Below are positions 37,309 through 47,479 of a stretch of 64,000 bases of DNA, piece by piece. Under the pieces are notes generated by a model, which saw only the letters and a program-made list of their open reading frames with translations, was not told the DNA's origin and ran no database searches. Numbering within the stretch: the first letter of the stretch is position 1; each line of letters opens with the position of its first letter. The translations under genes and the position numbers were made by a program. This stretch comes from an uncultured Mollicutes bacterium (GTDB taxonomy: Bacteria; Bacillota_I; Bacilli_A; RF39; UBA660): the NCBI GenBank assembly GCA_947652375.1, contig CANTCS010000003.1, forward strand, positions 4,914 to 68,913, read 5' to 3'.

Positions 37309-38682
37309 ATGCAATTTTTTAAAAGATTTTTTGAAATTATTTATAAATATAGAAATTTACTTTTCATTTTTATTTTTGCATTTTTTGCTATGAGTTTCTT
37401 TTTTAGTTCTATTGATGGAGATGTATTATGGAATTATGGTTTTAGTTATGCAATAAGTAAAGGAGAAATACCTTATTTAGATTTTAATATGATTATTACA
37501 CCATTTTATCCGATGTTCAATGCGATATTTCTTAAAATATTTTCAAATAATATATTAGTATTTTATATAATTAATAGTTTTTTAATTACGTTGATGTTTA
37601 ATCTGTTATTTAAAATGTTTAACTATAAAACATGGATATTATTTCTATTTTTATTTTTTCCTTTACCTGCGGTAGTATTTCCTACTTATAATATGTTATT
37701 AATATTTTTGGTTCTATTACTTATTTATTTAGAAAAAAATGATGGAAATGATTATCTTATTGGAATTATTTTGGGTATTTCTATTTTAACAAAACAAACT
37801 GTAGGCTGTTTTTTGTGTTTACCAAGTTTATTTTATTTTTATAAAAATTGTAAGAAAATTGGTAAAAGAATAACAGGTTGTTGTATTATTTGTAGTATGT
37901 TCTTTTTATATTTATTATTTTGTGGGAATTTAGAAGAGTTTTTCTCTTTATGTTTCTTAGGAATGCTTGATTTTCATAAAGCCAATACTAGAGTTTTTAA
38001 TATATTTTTCTTTTTAACTCTTTTAATGGATTTTATTATTATATATAAAATAGTAAAAGATAAGAGAAATATTAATAATTGGTATGTATTATGTTTTTCT
38101 ATAATCAATGTTCCTTTATTTGATGTTAATCATTTTGAATATTTTTTATTTTTATTTTTGGCATTATTTTTAGAAAAACTTACTATTTATAAAAAACAAT
38201 TATGTTATTGTAGTTTACTTTTTTCTTTATGTTATATATTTATATTTTTTTATAATACTGTTGGATTTAGTATAAGTTATCCTAATCATTATAATAATTT
38301 TGAAGTAAGGCTTTTATATAATAAAAATGGGGAATTTGCTATTAGGGATAGATTAAATAAATATATAAATAAGAATAAAAATAATAATATTGTATTGCTT
38401 AGTAGTGAGGCTTATTTTTATAAGATTACTAATGAAATGGATATTAATTATTTTGATTTATTAAATAAAGGTAATCATGGTTATAATGGAACTAAAAGAA
38501 TGATTAATAAAATTAGAGAGATGCCTAAAGGGACAAAATTTATTTTAGATTATGGTGAATTTAAAAAGAAAGATAGATATCAAAGACAACAAATTAATAA
38601 AGAAATTATGAAATATGTAATTGATAATGGTAAATTAATTGATGAGTTTGACTGTTTTAGAGTTTATAAATTAGCTAATTAA
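37309..38682 (+). CDS. polytopic membrane protein, paralogue 3 of 3
   Basis: 457 aa. Blocks: YGFSYAISKGEIPYLDFN, LIYLEKNDGNDYLIG...ISILTKQTVG, FFSLCFLGMLDF, VPLFDVNH, INYFDLLNKGNHGYNG. Confidence 0.75.
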   Translation: MQFFKRFFEIIYKYRNLLFIFIFAFFAMSFFFSSIDGDVLWNYGFSYAISKGEIPYLDFNMIITPFYPMFNAIFLKIFSNNILVFYIINSFLITLMFNLLFKMFNYKTWILFLFLFFPLPAVVFPTYNMLLIFLVLLLIYLEKNDGNDYLIGIILGISILTKQTVGCFLCLPSLFYFYKNCKKIGKRITGCCIICSMFFLYLLFCGNLEEFFSLCFLGMLDFHKANTRVFNIFFFLTLLMDFIIIYKIVKDKRNINNWYVLCFSIINVPLFDVNHFEYFLFLFLALFLEKLTIYKKQLCYCSLLFSLCYIFIFFYNTVGFSISYPNHYNNFEVRLLYNKNGEFAIRDRLNKYINKNKNNNIVLLSSEAYFYKITNEMDINYFDLLNKGNHGYNGTKRMINKIREMPKGTKFILDYGEFKKKDRYQRQQINKEIMKYVIDNGKLIDEFDCFRVYKLAN

Positions 38683-38760
38683 ATATATTGTTTTTTTAAA
38701 ATTATTTTACAAAAGATTAATTTACTAGTATAATTTAATTTAAAGATAGGAGTTGCATAT

Positions 38761-39999
38761 ATGAATAATATTTATACTGGAATAGATCTAGGTACTGATA
38801 GTATAAAGATTGTTGTTTGTGAAAAAGTTAAAAGTAAATTTTATGTTTTAGCTTCTGTTAGCAGTCCTTCTATGGGAATAAAAAATGGGTTTATAATCGA
38901 TACTAAGTTAGCTATTAGTAGTGTTAAAAATGCTTTGCGTCAAATTAATGAGATGTTAGGTATTAAGATTACAAAAGCGATTGCTTGTATTCCATCTTTA
39001 AATTGTCAAATGAATATTGTAGTTGGCTCTACTAGTATTATTGATTATAATGATATTACTGGAGTTGATGTAAGTAATGTTTTACTTGATGCGATTAAAG
39101 GGCAAGATTTTACTAATGAAGAGTTAGTAACTGCTATGCCGATTAGTTTTACTATAGATGATAATAATTGTGTTAATGATCCTAAGGGGATGAAAGGAAG
39201 TATTTTAGAGGCTAGAGTGGTTATTAGTACAACAGCTAAGGAGCCTTTATATAGAATATTAGAGGTTTTAAAATTAAGTGGAATTGAAACGGTAGATATT
39301 GCTTATAATTCAGTTGGTGATTATTTTTCTATTAGAAATAAAAAGTATGATGAATTAGTAGGAGCAATTATTAATATTGGAGAAGAAAGTACAAATATTA
39401 GTATTTTTAATAAAGGGATTCAAATCAAAAATAAGTTATTACCAATAGGAAGTAATAATGTTGATAAAGATATTTCTTATGCTTTTAAAACTAAGCCTAA
39501 AGAATCTCGTAAAATGAAGGAAGAATTTGCGGTTTGTATGGCTAGTTATGCAGATACTAATGATTTATATGAAATAAAGACAAAAAATGGTGAAAAAAAA
39601 GAAATTAATCAAGTTAATTTATCTAAAGTTGTTGAGGCAAGAATGAGAGAAATATTAAAACTTGCGAAAAATGAGATAAAAAACTTAACAAAAAGAGAAA
39701 TACGTTATATAATTATAACAGGTGGCTTAAGCGAAATGGCTGGATTTCAATATTTAGTGGAACAAGAGTTAGGTTTTGTTGCTAAAGTATGTAATCTATC
39801 GACTATAGGAATAAGACACAATAAATATAGTAGTTGCTTTGGAATTGCTAAATATTTTGATAGTAAATTAAAGCTTAGAGGAAAGCAGTATAATATGATT
39901 AATAGTGATGATATTAATACTCTTTTATCTGTAGATTCTACAATTACTAGTAATGAAAATATGTTAAGTAGAGTGTTTGGACACTTCTTTGATAATTAA
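38761..39999 (+). CDS. ftsA: cell division protein FtsA
   Basis: Actin-like ATPase (GIDLGTDSIKIVV, IITGGLSEMAGF), directly upstream of ftsZ. Confidence 0.9.
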   Translation: MNNIYTGIDLGTDSIKIVVCEKVKSKFYVLASVSSPSMGIKNGFIIDTKLAISSVKNALRQINEMLGIKITKAIACIPSLNCQMNIVVGSTSIIDYNDITGVDVSNVLLDAIKGQDFTNEELVTAMPISFTIDDNNCVNDPKGMKGSILEARVVISTTAKEPLYRILEVLKLSGIETVDIAYNSVGDYFSIRNKKYDELVGAIINIGEESTNISIFNKGIQIKNKLLPIGSNNVDKDISYAFKTKPKESRKMKEEFAVCMASYADTNDLYEIKTKNGEKKEINQVNLSKVVEARMREILKLAKNEIKNLTKREIRYIIITGGLSEMAGFQYLVEQELGFVAKVCNLSTIGIRHNKYSSCFGIAKYFDSKLKLRGKQYNMINSDDINTLLSVDSTITSNENMLSRVFGHFFDN

Positions 40000-40011
40000 G
40001 GAGGAAAAGGT

Positions 40012-41139
40012 ATGATAGGTGGATTAGAAATGGATCAATTAGCAAAAATCAAGGTCATCGGTTTAGGTGGTGGCGGAGGTAATGCTATTAATAGAATGGT
40101 TGAGTCTGGAGTTAAAGGGGTAGAATTTATTGCTGCTAATACTGACTTACAAGTTTTAAATTCATCAAAAGCTGATGTTAAGATTCAAATAGGAGCTAAT
40201 TTAACAGATGGACTTGGAGCAGGTGGAAAGCCTGAAGTTGGTAAAGAGTCTGCGGTTGAATCTAAGAAAGAGATTGAAGAAGCTTTAAGTGGAGCTGATA
40301 TGGTGTTTATTACTGCTGGAATGGGTGGTGGAACTGGAACTGGAGCTGCAGCAGTTGTTGCAGAAATAGCTCAAGCACTAGGAGCACTTACAGTTGCAAT
40401 TGTTACAAAGCCATTTTCTTTTGAGGGAAAGAGAAGAATGGAAAATGCAAATGTTGGTCTTGAAGATTTAAGAAAACATGTGGATACATTAATTGTTATT
40501 CCAAATGATAGATTGAGAGAAATAATTGATAAATCGACTCCAATGCTTGAAGCATTTAAAGAAGTAGATAATGTTCTACGTCGAGGAGTTCAATCTATAT
40601 CGGATTTAATAGCTGTTGTTGGTCTTGTTAACTTAGATTTTGCGGATGTAAAAGCAGTTATGGAGAAAAGTGGTCGTGCAATTATTGGTATTGGTATTGG
40701 TATGGGTGAGGAACGTGCATTGGAGGCTGCAAAGCAAGCTGTGTCTTCGCCACTTCTTGAAACTTCAATTGAGGGAGCAACTGATGCAATAATTAATATT
40801 ACAGGTGGTGTTAATTTAACTTTATTTGAAGCTGAGCAAGCTGCAGAGGTGGTTAGAAGTGCTGCTAATACAGATATTAATACAATTTTCGGTTCAGTTA
40901 TTAATGAAAATCTAAATGATGAAGTTATTGTTACAGTAATTGCAACTGGATTTGATAAAGCAAAGAAAGCTATTCCAGAGCCAATTCATAATACGCCTTC
41001 TCCAACGACAAGAAGAATTCCAATTAGAGAAGATTTTACTTATCAACCAGAAATTTTAGTTGACGATGATAGTGATATTGATGGTACAAGTAATGTGGAT
41101 ATCGAAATGCCTTCATTTTTAAGAGATAGAAATTTTTAA
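40012..41139 (+). CDS. ftsZ: cell division protein FtsZ
   Basis: [32 protein letters not shown]-terminal DIEMPSFLR peptide. Confidence 0.97.
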   Translation: MIGGLEMDQLAKIKVIGLGGGGGNAINRMVESGVKGVEFIAANTDLQVLNSSKADVKIQIGANLTDGLGAGGKPEVGKESAVESKKEIEEALSGADMVFITAGMGGGTGTGAAAVVAEIAQALGALTVAIVTKPFSFEGKRRMENANVGLEDLRKHVDTLIVIPNDRLREIIDKSTPMLEAFKEVDNVLRRGVQSISDLIAVVGLVNLDFADVKAVMEKSGRAIIGIGIGMGEERALEAAKQAVSSPLLETSIEGATDAIINITGGVNLTLFEAEQAAEVVRSAANTDINTIFGSVINENLNDEVIVTVIATGFDKAKKAIPEPIHNTPSPTTRRIPIREDFTYQPEILVDDDSDIDGTSNVDIEMPSFLRDRNF

Positions 41140-41171
41140 AAAAATTTATCTCTTTTTTTATTTAAAGATAT

Positions 41172-41197
41172 AAAAAAAACAACTTAATGTTGTTTTC
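41172..41197. terminator. bidirectional terminator between ftsZ and the arginase gene
   Basis: AAAACAAC-ttaat-GTTGTTTT with a preceding A-run. Confidence 0.6.
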
Positions 41198-42101
41198 AAT
41201 ATAAAGTCTTTTGTTCCCATTTCTTTTTGTTTTCTGCTGCTCTAATAACTTGAGCTAAAAGATTTAAAGCAATTTGCTCTGTTTTTCGATTTATGTCTCG
41301 TAACGGGTTAAACTCTACTAAGTCATAAGAAAGTACATCATTCATATGATTAATAATATATTCATTTATTTTCATTGCTTCTTCTTCAGTAAGTCCGTCA
41401 AATTCGGGAATTGAAACACCAGGAGCTATGTCTGGATCAATTACATCTAAGTCGTAACTTATATGAATTCCTCTGGTTTTATATCCCGCAATTTTAAATG
41501 CTTCATCCATGACTTTTTCAATCCCTTTTTCTTTAATATCTTCTGTTGAAAAAACTGTTACGCCTGCATATCTAACATTGTCTTTTTCGGCTTCGTCAAT
41601 ACTTCTTGCGCCAATAATAACAGTTTTAGATGGTTGGATTATTTTACCATTATGGTAATATCTTAATTCACTTGTCTTGTAACCATTGATTGCTGCTAAA
41701 GGAAGACCATGAATATTACCAGTAACAGTAGTTTCAAAAGTATTATAATCAGTATGGGCATCTATCCAAATCATTCCGACGTCAATATTTACTTTAGCAG
41801 AAGCTAAGGCAGATGCTATTGCAACTGAGTGGTCGCCACCTATTAAAATAGGAAAATACTCTTCTTTTATTTTGTCGACTATATTTTTATAAAGATTAGA
41901 GTTAAATTTCTCTATTTCATATTCATTTTTTCGACGGTCAGAAAGATTTCTACTTTTAATAATATTTTCATCTTTTTGAAACATCATGCTTTCTCCTTTA
42001 TAGAAAGCTTTTAAATCATTCATTAATTGAGCTGGACCTAGGTGTGCTCCATCAATATTAACACCAAGATCTGTTCCAGCTCCGAAAATCATAGTTCTCA
42101 T
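41196..42101 (-). CDS. rocF: arginase-family ureohydrolase (arginase-like)
   Basis: GGDHSVAIAS, WIDAHTDYNT, TGNIHGLPLA, SYDLDVIDP. Confidence 0.7.
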   Translation of the reverse strand: MRTMIFGAGTDLGVNIDGAHLGPAQLMNDLKAFYKGESMMFQKDENIIKSRNLSDRRKNEYEIEKFNSNLYKNIVDKIKEEYFPILIGGDHSVAIASALASAKVNIDVGMIWIDAHTDYNTFETTVTGNIHGLPLAAINGYKTSELRYYHNGKIIQPSKTVIIGARSIDEAEKDNVRYAGVTVFSTEDIKEKGIEKVMDEAFKIAGYKTRGIHISYDLDVIDPDIAPGVSIPEFDGLTEEEAMKINEYIINHMNDVLSYDLVEFNPLRDINRKTEQIALNLLAQVIRAAENKKKWEQKTLY

Positions 42102-42198
42102 TTTATCACCTTAAATAATTTTATCTTAAAATTTAATTTATATCAAGGAAAAGCTTTGATTTATAAAAAAAATACTGTATAATAATGGTGGTGATACA

Positions 42199-43647
42199 AT
42201 GAAAAAATTGAATGAAATTTACCCTGAAATTGGAGTAGATACTTTAATAAAATCTGTTAAAATAAATTCAAAAGAAGTAGAAAAGGGAGATTTATTTGTA
42301 TGTACTATGGGAGTTACTGCAGATAGGCATGATTTTATTGATGATGCGATTGCTCATGGAGCTAGTGCTATAATTGTAAGTAAAGATATTTCTAAAAAAT
42401 CAGTTCCAATTATTAAAGTTCCTAATACTAATAAAGAATTACCTTATTTATGTCAGAAATTTTATGATTATCCTGATAAAAAACTGAAAATGATTGGGGT
42501 TACTGGAACGGATGGAAAAACAAGTGTTGCAACAATTGTCCAAACATTAATTGGTAGTGATTTATGTGGGTATATTGGAACCAATGGAAGAAGTTGTGCT
42601 AAATTTAGTGGAGATAATCCTAATACAACGCCAGATGTACATTTTTTGTATTCTTATCTTGATGAGTTTGTAAAATATGGATGTAAATATGTTTCTTTGG
42701 AAGCAAGTAGTGAAGCTTTTTATAGAGGGAGAATGCCTAGTTTTCAATTTGATATAAGTGCTTATACTAATATAACTTCAGAACATTTAAATATTCATGG
42801 TAGTTTTGAGAATTATTTAGAGTCCAAATTAATGTTATTTAAGCAAACTAAAAAGGATGGCTTTTGTATTTTAAATTGTGATGATCCTTATTATGAACAA
42901 GTTAAAGCTGTTTGTAATGGAAAAGTTTTGACTTATGGGAAAAGGGATGATGCTGATTTAAAGATTTTAGAATATAAGGTTTTTCCAAATCATACTGATA
43001 TTACTTTAAAATATAAAGATGAAGAAATAAAAATAGATAGTCCTTTAATGGGGGATTTCAATGTTTATAATTTGGCTTGTGCAATTTTGTGTGTTGTTGC
43101 TAATGGATTTAGTATAGAGAGTATTTTAGAGAAGATAAAGAATATAAAAATTAGTGGAAGATTAGAGCTTTTAAAAACAAATACACCTTATTCTGTAATG
43201 GTTGATTATGCTCATACGCCTAATGGAATAACAAAATTACTTAATTTTGTACATACGCTTGATATAAAACGAAGTATAGTAGTTATAGGTCAGGCAGGAG
43301 AGAGGGATTATTTGAAAAGACCAAAGGTTGGAAATGTGGTAGTTGAAAATGCTAGCTATGCTATTTTTACTTATGAAGATCCAAGAAGTGAGGATCCGAA
43401 AATGATTTGTGAAGATATAATTAAAGAGCTTAAGGAGACACATAACAATTATGAAATTGTAATAGATAGGCGAGAAGCAATTAATAAGGCGATTAATATG
43501 GCAACACCAGGAGATATGGTTTTAATTCTTGGAAAGGGAAATGAAACTTATCAAAAATTAAAAAATGAAACAATATATTTTAATGATATAGAGGAAGCTT
43601 ATAATGCAGTGGCTTCTAGAAAATTGAAAGAAGAAGTTACAAATTAG
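42199..43647 (+). CDS. murE: UDP-N-acetylmuramoyl-L-alanyl-D-glutamate ligase (MurE)
   Basis: GVTGTDGKTS, Mur ligase middle and C-terminal domains, EDPRSEDP in place of the DNPR-type motif. Confidence 0.85.
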   Translation: MKKLNEIYPEIGVDTLIKSVKINSKEVEKGDLFVCTMGVTADRHDFIDDAIAHGASAIIVSKDISKKSVPIIKVPNTNKELPYLCQKFYDYPDKKLKMIGVTGTDGKTSVATIVQTLIGSDLCGYIGTNGRSCAKFSGDNPNTTPDVHFLYSYLDEFVKYGCKYVSLEASSEAFYRGRMPSFQFDISAYTNITSEHLNIHGSFENYLESKLMLFKQTKKDGFCILNCDDPYYEQVKAVCNGKVLTYGKRDDADLKILEYKVFPNHTDITLKYKDEEIKIDSPLMGDFNVYNLACAILCVVANGFSIESILEKIKNIKISGRLELLKTNTPYSVMVDYAHTPNGITKLLNFVHTLDIKRSIVVIGQAGERDYLKRPKVGNVVVENASYAIFTYEDPRSEDPKMICEDIIKELKETHNNYEIVIDRREAINKAINMATPGDMVLILGKGNETYQKLKNETIYFNDIEEAYNAVASRKLKEEVTN

Positions 43648-43750
43648 TGACTTTTTTTTGTAATTTAATTTTTGTGGCTTTTTAAAATATTGTTTTAAAA
43701 AGCTAATGCTTAAATTTAATTAGTATGTTATATTTATATATGGTGGTAAA

Positions 43751-44209
43751 ATGTTTAAAAAAATATTAAAATTTAGCATGATACTTTTATGTATGGGAAC
43801 AATATTTATGTTTTCTTCCGAAAATTCTTCTCAATCCAGTAAAAAGAGTAGTTTGATAGTATCAAAAATAAGTGATAATTTTTTAAGTGATAAATTGAAT
43901 GATAAAAAAAGAAAGGCTTATATAAGCATAATTACTTTCATGGTTAGAAAAAGTGCTCATTTCTTAATATATTTTCTTTTGGGGGTCCTTTTAATTAATT
44001 TTATTAAAGAATTTACAATGATTAATTATAAAAGTGTATTATTAGCTATCTTTTTAGCATTTTTATATGCTTGTAGTGATGAATTTCATCAGTTATTTAT
44101 TGATGGACGTAGTTGTGAATTTAGCGATGTTTTAATTGATACCTTTGGAGCAGTGGTTGGTTGTCTTATATATTCTAAAATAGATAAACTTAGGAGGAAA
44201 AATATATGA
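43751..44209 (+). CDS. VanZ-like membrane protein
   Basis: Four TM segments. CSDEFHQLFIDGRSCEFSDVLIDTFGAVVG. Confidence 0.65.
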   Translation: MFKKILKFSMILLCMGTIFMFSSENSSQSSKKSSLIVSKISDNFLSDKLNDKKRKAYISIITFMVRKSAHFLIYFLLGVLLINFIKEFTMINYKSVLLAIFLAFLYACSDEFHQLFIDGRSCEFSDVLIDTFGAVVGCLIYSKIDKLRRKNI

Positions 44210-45615
44210 ATAAGAAAAAACAGTTAGCTAAGAATACTATAATAATTTTTTTTGGTAAAGTTTGTACGCAATTAATATCTTTCTTTTTATTACCTTTATA
44301 TACAGCCTATTTAAATACTTATGAGTATGGGGTTGTTGATTTAATTCAAACATATGTAACTTTATTGGTTCCAATTATTACTTTAGAACTAGAAATGAGT
44401 ATTTTTAGATATTTAGTAGATGTCCGTAATAATAAAAAAGCGGCAAATACTCTTATTAGTAATAATTTTTTTGTATTATTTTTAAGTTTAACAATTTTTT
44501 CTATAATTTACGGAATTGTTGGTTGTTTTGTAGAAATTCCTTTTAAATTATTAATTTGGATTGATGTTATAGTTTGTGTTTTATCAGGGAATTTTTTACA
44601 AGTTGCTAGAGGATTTGGAAAGACTTTAGATTATTCGGTTAGTTGCATTTTAACAGGAATTACAACGGTTGTTTCTAATATTTTTCTAATTTGTTTTATA
44701 AGAATGGGTGCTTCAGGAATGATTATTTCAATGGCTTTGGCTAACGGAATTTGTTCTTTATATTTATTTTTGAAGCTTAAGCTTTATAAATTTATTAGCT
44801 TTAAAATAATTGATTTTAAATTATTAAAAGATATGTTTAAATATTCTGTTCCACTAATACCTAATGGAGTTAGTTGGTGGATAGTTAATGTCAGTGATAG
44901 AAGTATAATTTCTTGGGTTCTTGGAGCTTCTTATAATGGGCTTTATGCTATCAGTAATAAATTTCCAACAATTATTTCTAGTTTGACAGGTATTTTTAAT
45001 TTGAGTTGGGCGGAGTCAGCTGCACTTCATATAGAAGCAGAAGATCGTGATGAATTTTTTTCAGAAATTACTAATACAGTTATTAAGCTTTTTACAGCTC
45101 TTGGAGTAGGAATGCTTGCTTGTATGCCGTTTGTTTTTCCTTTACTTATCGATAATAAATATAGAGAAGCTTATAATTATATTCCATTTTTAGTACTAGG
45201 AACAGTATTTAATGTAGCTATTTGCTTGTATAGTCAGGTTTACTTAGCTAAAAAATTATCTAAGCAAGTAGCAACTACTGCAATAATAGGTGCTGTTATT
45301 AATATTCTTATTAATGTAATATTTATAAAAAAAATTGGTTTATATGCAGCTAGTTTATCGACAGCAATTGCTTATTTTGTTATGATGGTATATCGTCATA
45401 TTGATTTAAAAAAATATATTAATATTAAAATAGAAAAAGGTTTAATAATTAAAACTATACTTATTTTTGGATTTGAATTAATAATTTACTTCCAAAAAAA
45501 CATTTTTTGTTATATAATAGGGCTAATTGTTGTATGTACTTATGCAATTTTATTAAACAAAAGTTTTATCAAAGCCTTATTTTTACCAATTTTAAATAAA
45601 ATTAAAAGAGCTTAA
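44206..45615 (+). CDS. MOP/Wzx-type polysaccharide (oligosaccharide) flippase family protein
   Basis: 469 aa with about 12-14 TM segments. N-terminal LAKNTIIIFFGKVCTQLISFFLLPLYTAYL. ATGA overlap with the vanZ-like gene. Confidence 0.6.
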   Translation: MNKKKQLAKNTIIIFFGKVCTQLISFFLLPLYTAYLNTYEYGVVDLIQTYVTLLVPIITLELEMSIFRYLVDVRNNKKAANTLISNNFFVLFLSLTIFSIIYGIVGCFVEIPFKLLIWIDVIVCVLSGNFLQVARGFGKTLDYSVSCILTGITTVVSNIFLICFIRMGASGMIISMALANGICSLYLFLKLKLYKFISFKIIDFKLLKDMFKYSVPLIPNGVSWWIVNVSDRSIISWVLGASYNGLYAISNKFPTIISSLTGIFNLSWAESAALHIEAEDRDEFFSEITNTVIKLFTALGVGMLACMPFVFPLLIDNKYREAYNYIPFLVLGTVFNVAICLYSQVYLAKKLSKQVATTAIIGAVINILINVIFIKKIGLYAASLSTAIAYFVMMVYRHIDLKKYINIKIEKGLIIKTILIFGFELIIYFQKNIFCYIIGLIVVCTYAILLNKSFIKALFLPILNKIKRA

Positions 45616-45637
45616 TAAATAAAATTAGGGGGATTTT

Positions 45638-46066
45638 ATGGAAAATCAAGGGATATCTAAAAGATGCGATTATTTTGAACAATTAATTTCAATTAATCAA
45701 TTTCAACAAAAAAAGCTAAGAAAAAATATCGAGAAATTAAAAAAGTTTCAAGAAATATACGTAGTGTTATTTAATAGGATTCTTTCAATTAACAAATATT
45801 TTATAATGCTTAGAAATAATTTTTTAACAGCTTGTGTTAGTGAAAAAAATAATTTAAATTTAAATAATATTAATGAGTTAATTAATAATTCTTACTTTAA
45901 TATGGAAAATAATAAAAAAGAAATTGAGCTGTTAATATTGAAATTAAAAGAATTAGAAGAAAGAGAAAAAATATACAAACAGGAATTAAAAAATATTTCT
46001 GCTAGAGAATTTTTTAGTAAAAATCGACAGGAAAATCGAGCATTTGTTAGAGAATTTAGAGTCTAA
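45638..46066 (+). CDS. hypothetical coiled-coil protein (142 aa)
   Basis: GGGGGA RBS and K/E/N-rich heptad-like sequence. No motifs. Confidence 0.45.
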   Translation: MENQGISKRCDYFEQLISINQFQQKKLRKNIEKLKKFQEIYVVLFNRILSINKYFIMLRNNFLTACVSEKNNLNLNNINELINNSYFNMENNKKEIELLILKLKELEEREKIYKQELKNISAREFFSKNRQENRAFVREFRV

Positions 46067-46093
46067 TGGAATTAATGAGAGTTAAACATTTTT

Positions 46094-46122
46094 AGATATT
46101 TTGATAAAAATCGACATATAAT
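46094..46122 (+). promoter_or_regulatory. candidate mother-cell (sigma-E/sigma-K type) promoter of sigK
   Basis: AGATATT (46094-46100), 14-nt spacer, CATATAAT (46115-46122). Compare with the sigma-E pattern as I remember it: xxATAxx, 14 nt, CATACAxT. Confidence 0.35.
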
Positions 46123-46138
46123 TTCTTAGGAGGATTAT

Positions 46139-46828
46139 ATGTTTTTATTTGAAATTATTAAAAATTTATTCTGTTTTACAGGTAGTTATTCGAATGATGT
46201 CTTTTTAGAACCTTTAACTACAGAAGAGGAAGAAGAGTGTATAAAAAGAAAAATGGAGGGAGATTTAGAAAGTCGTAATAAACTTATTGAACATAATCTA
46301 AGGTTAGTTGCTCATATTGTTAAAAAGTTTGATAGTAAATATTCTGATACTGATGATTTAATAAGTATTGGAACTATTGGATTAATAAAGGGGATTGATA
46401 CCTTTGTACCTGAGAAAAATGCTAAGATAACAACATATTGTGCTAGATGTATAGAGAATGAAATTCTTATGTTTTTTAGAAAATCAAATAAATATAGTAA
46501 AGATATTTCAATTAATGAATCGATAGGATATGATAAAGAGGGAAATGAAATAGCTATTCAAGACGTTTTAAAAACTGATAATATAGATTTTTGTGAGGAA
46601 ATAGAATTAAAGGATAATATTAAATTACTTAATAAATATATGAATGTATTATCTCCTAGAGAAAAGGAAATAATAATTAATAGATATGGTTTGGATGAGC
46701 ATGATGAAGAAACACAAAAAAGTATTTCTAAAAAGATGGGGATAAGTAGGAGCTATGTATCAAGAATAGAAAAAAGGGCTTTAACAAAATTATTAAGAGA
46801 GTTTATTAAAAATAATAACTTAAACTAA
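46139..46828 (+). CDS. sigK: sporulation sigma factor K (pro-sigma-K), uninterrupted
   Basis: Strings shared with B. subtilis SigK as I remember it: LIEHNLRLVAHIVKKF, DLISIGTIGLIKGI, ARCIENEILM, DKEGNEI, GISRSYVSRIEKRAL. Hydrophobic N-terminal pro-sequence MFLFEIIKNLFCFTGSY. Confidence 0.8.
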   Translation: MFLFEIIKNLFCFTGSYSNDVFLEPLTTEEEEECIKRKMEGDLESRNKLIEHNLRLVAHIVKKFDSKYSDTDDLISIGTIGLIKGIDTFVPEKNAKITTYCARCIENEILMFFRKSNKYSKDISINESIGYDKEGNEIAIQDVLKTDNIDFCEEIELKDNIKLLNKYMNVLSPREKEIIINRYGLDEHDEETQKSISKKMGISRSYVSRIEKRALTKLLREFIKNNNLN

Positions 46829-46875
46829 TTATTAATATTTTTTCTTGGACTAATTAAATATTTGAAATGCTTAAG

Positions 46876-46900
46876 AAATAGATTAAAATATCTATTTTTT
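46876..46900 (+). terminator. terminator of sigK
   Basis: AAATAGAT-taaaat-ATCTATTT followed by a T-run. Confidence 0.5.
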
Positions 46901-46960
46901 AATTAATCTTTTAAATAGACTTATTAGAAAAATTATATTATAATTGTTACAGGTGATTTA

Positions 46961-47479
46961 ATGGGGATTTTTAAACCTAAGATGTATAAGAAAAATATAT
47001 TTGATATAGATTATGAAAAATTAAAAGAAATTGGAATAACTTGTTTAATTTTTGATCTTGATAATACTTTAGGACTTCTTGAACATAAGAGATGTCCAAG
47101 AAACACTAAAAAATTAATTAAAGGTTTGCAAAAAGATTTTTTAGTTTTAATTAATTCTAATAATACAAGAGAAAGAATTAATCCATATTTGAAAGATTTA
47201 GGAGTAGGAGGGGTATCTTTTAGTTTAAAACCTTTAACTAGAGGACTGCGTAAGATAAAAAAAGATTATCACTTAAAGAAAAAAGAAATGTGTATGATAG
47301 GTGATCAAATTGTTACAGATGTTTTATCAGGTAATAGATTTAAAATTTATACTATATTAGTTGACCCTTTAGGAGAAAAAGATTTGAAAATTACAGGATT
47401 AAATAGAAAAATTGAAGCTAAAATAGTAGCAAGGTATGAAAAAAGAGGTTTATTCGAAAGGGGGAAATATTATGGATAA
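46961..47479 (+). CDS. yqeG: YqeG-family HAD phosphatase
   Basis: LIFDLDNTL, GDQIVTDV. Position upstream of yqeH. Confidence 0.8.
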   Translation: MGIFKPKMYKKNIFDIDYEKLKEIGITCLIFDLDNTLGLLEHKRCPRNTKKLIKGLQKDFLVLINSNNTRERINPYLKDLGVGGVSFSLKPLTRGLRKIKKDYHLKKKEMCMIGDQIVTDVLSGNRFKIYTILVDPLGEKDLKITGLNRKIEAKIVARYEKRGLFERGKYYG

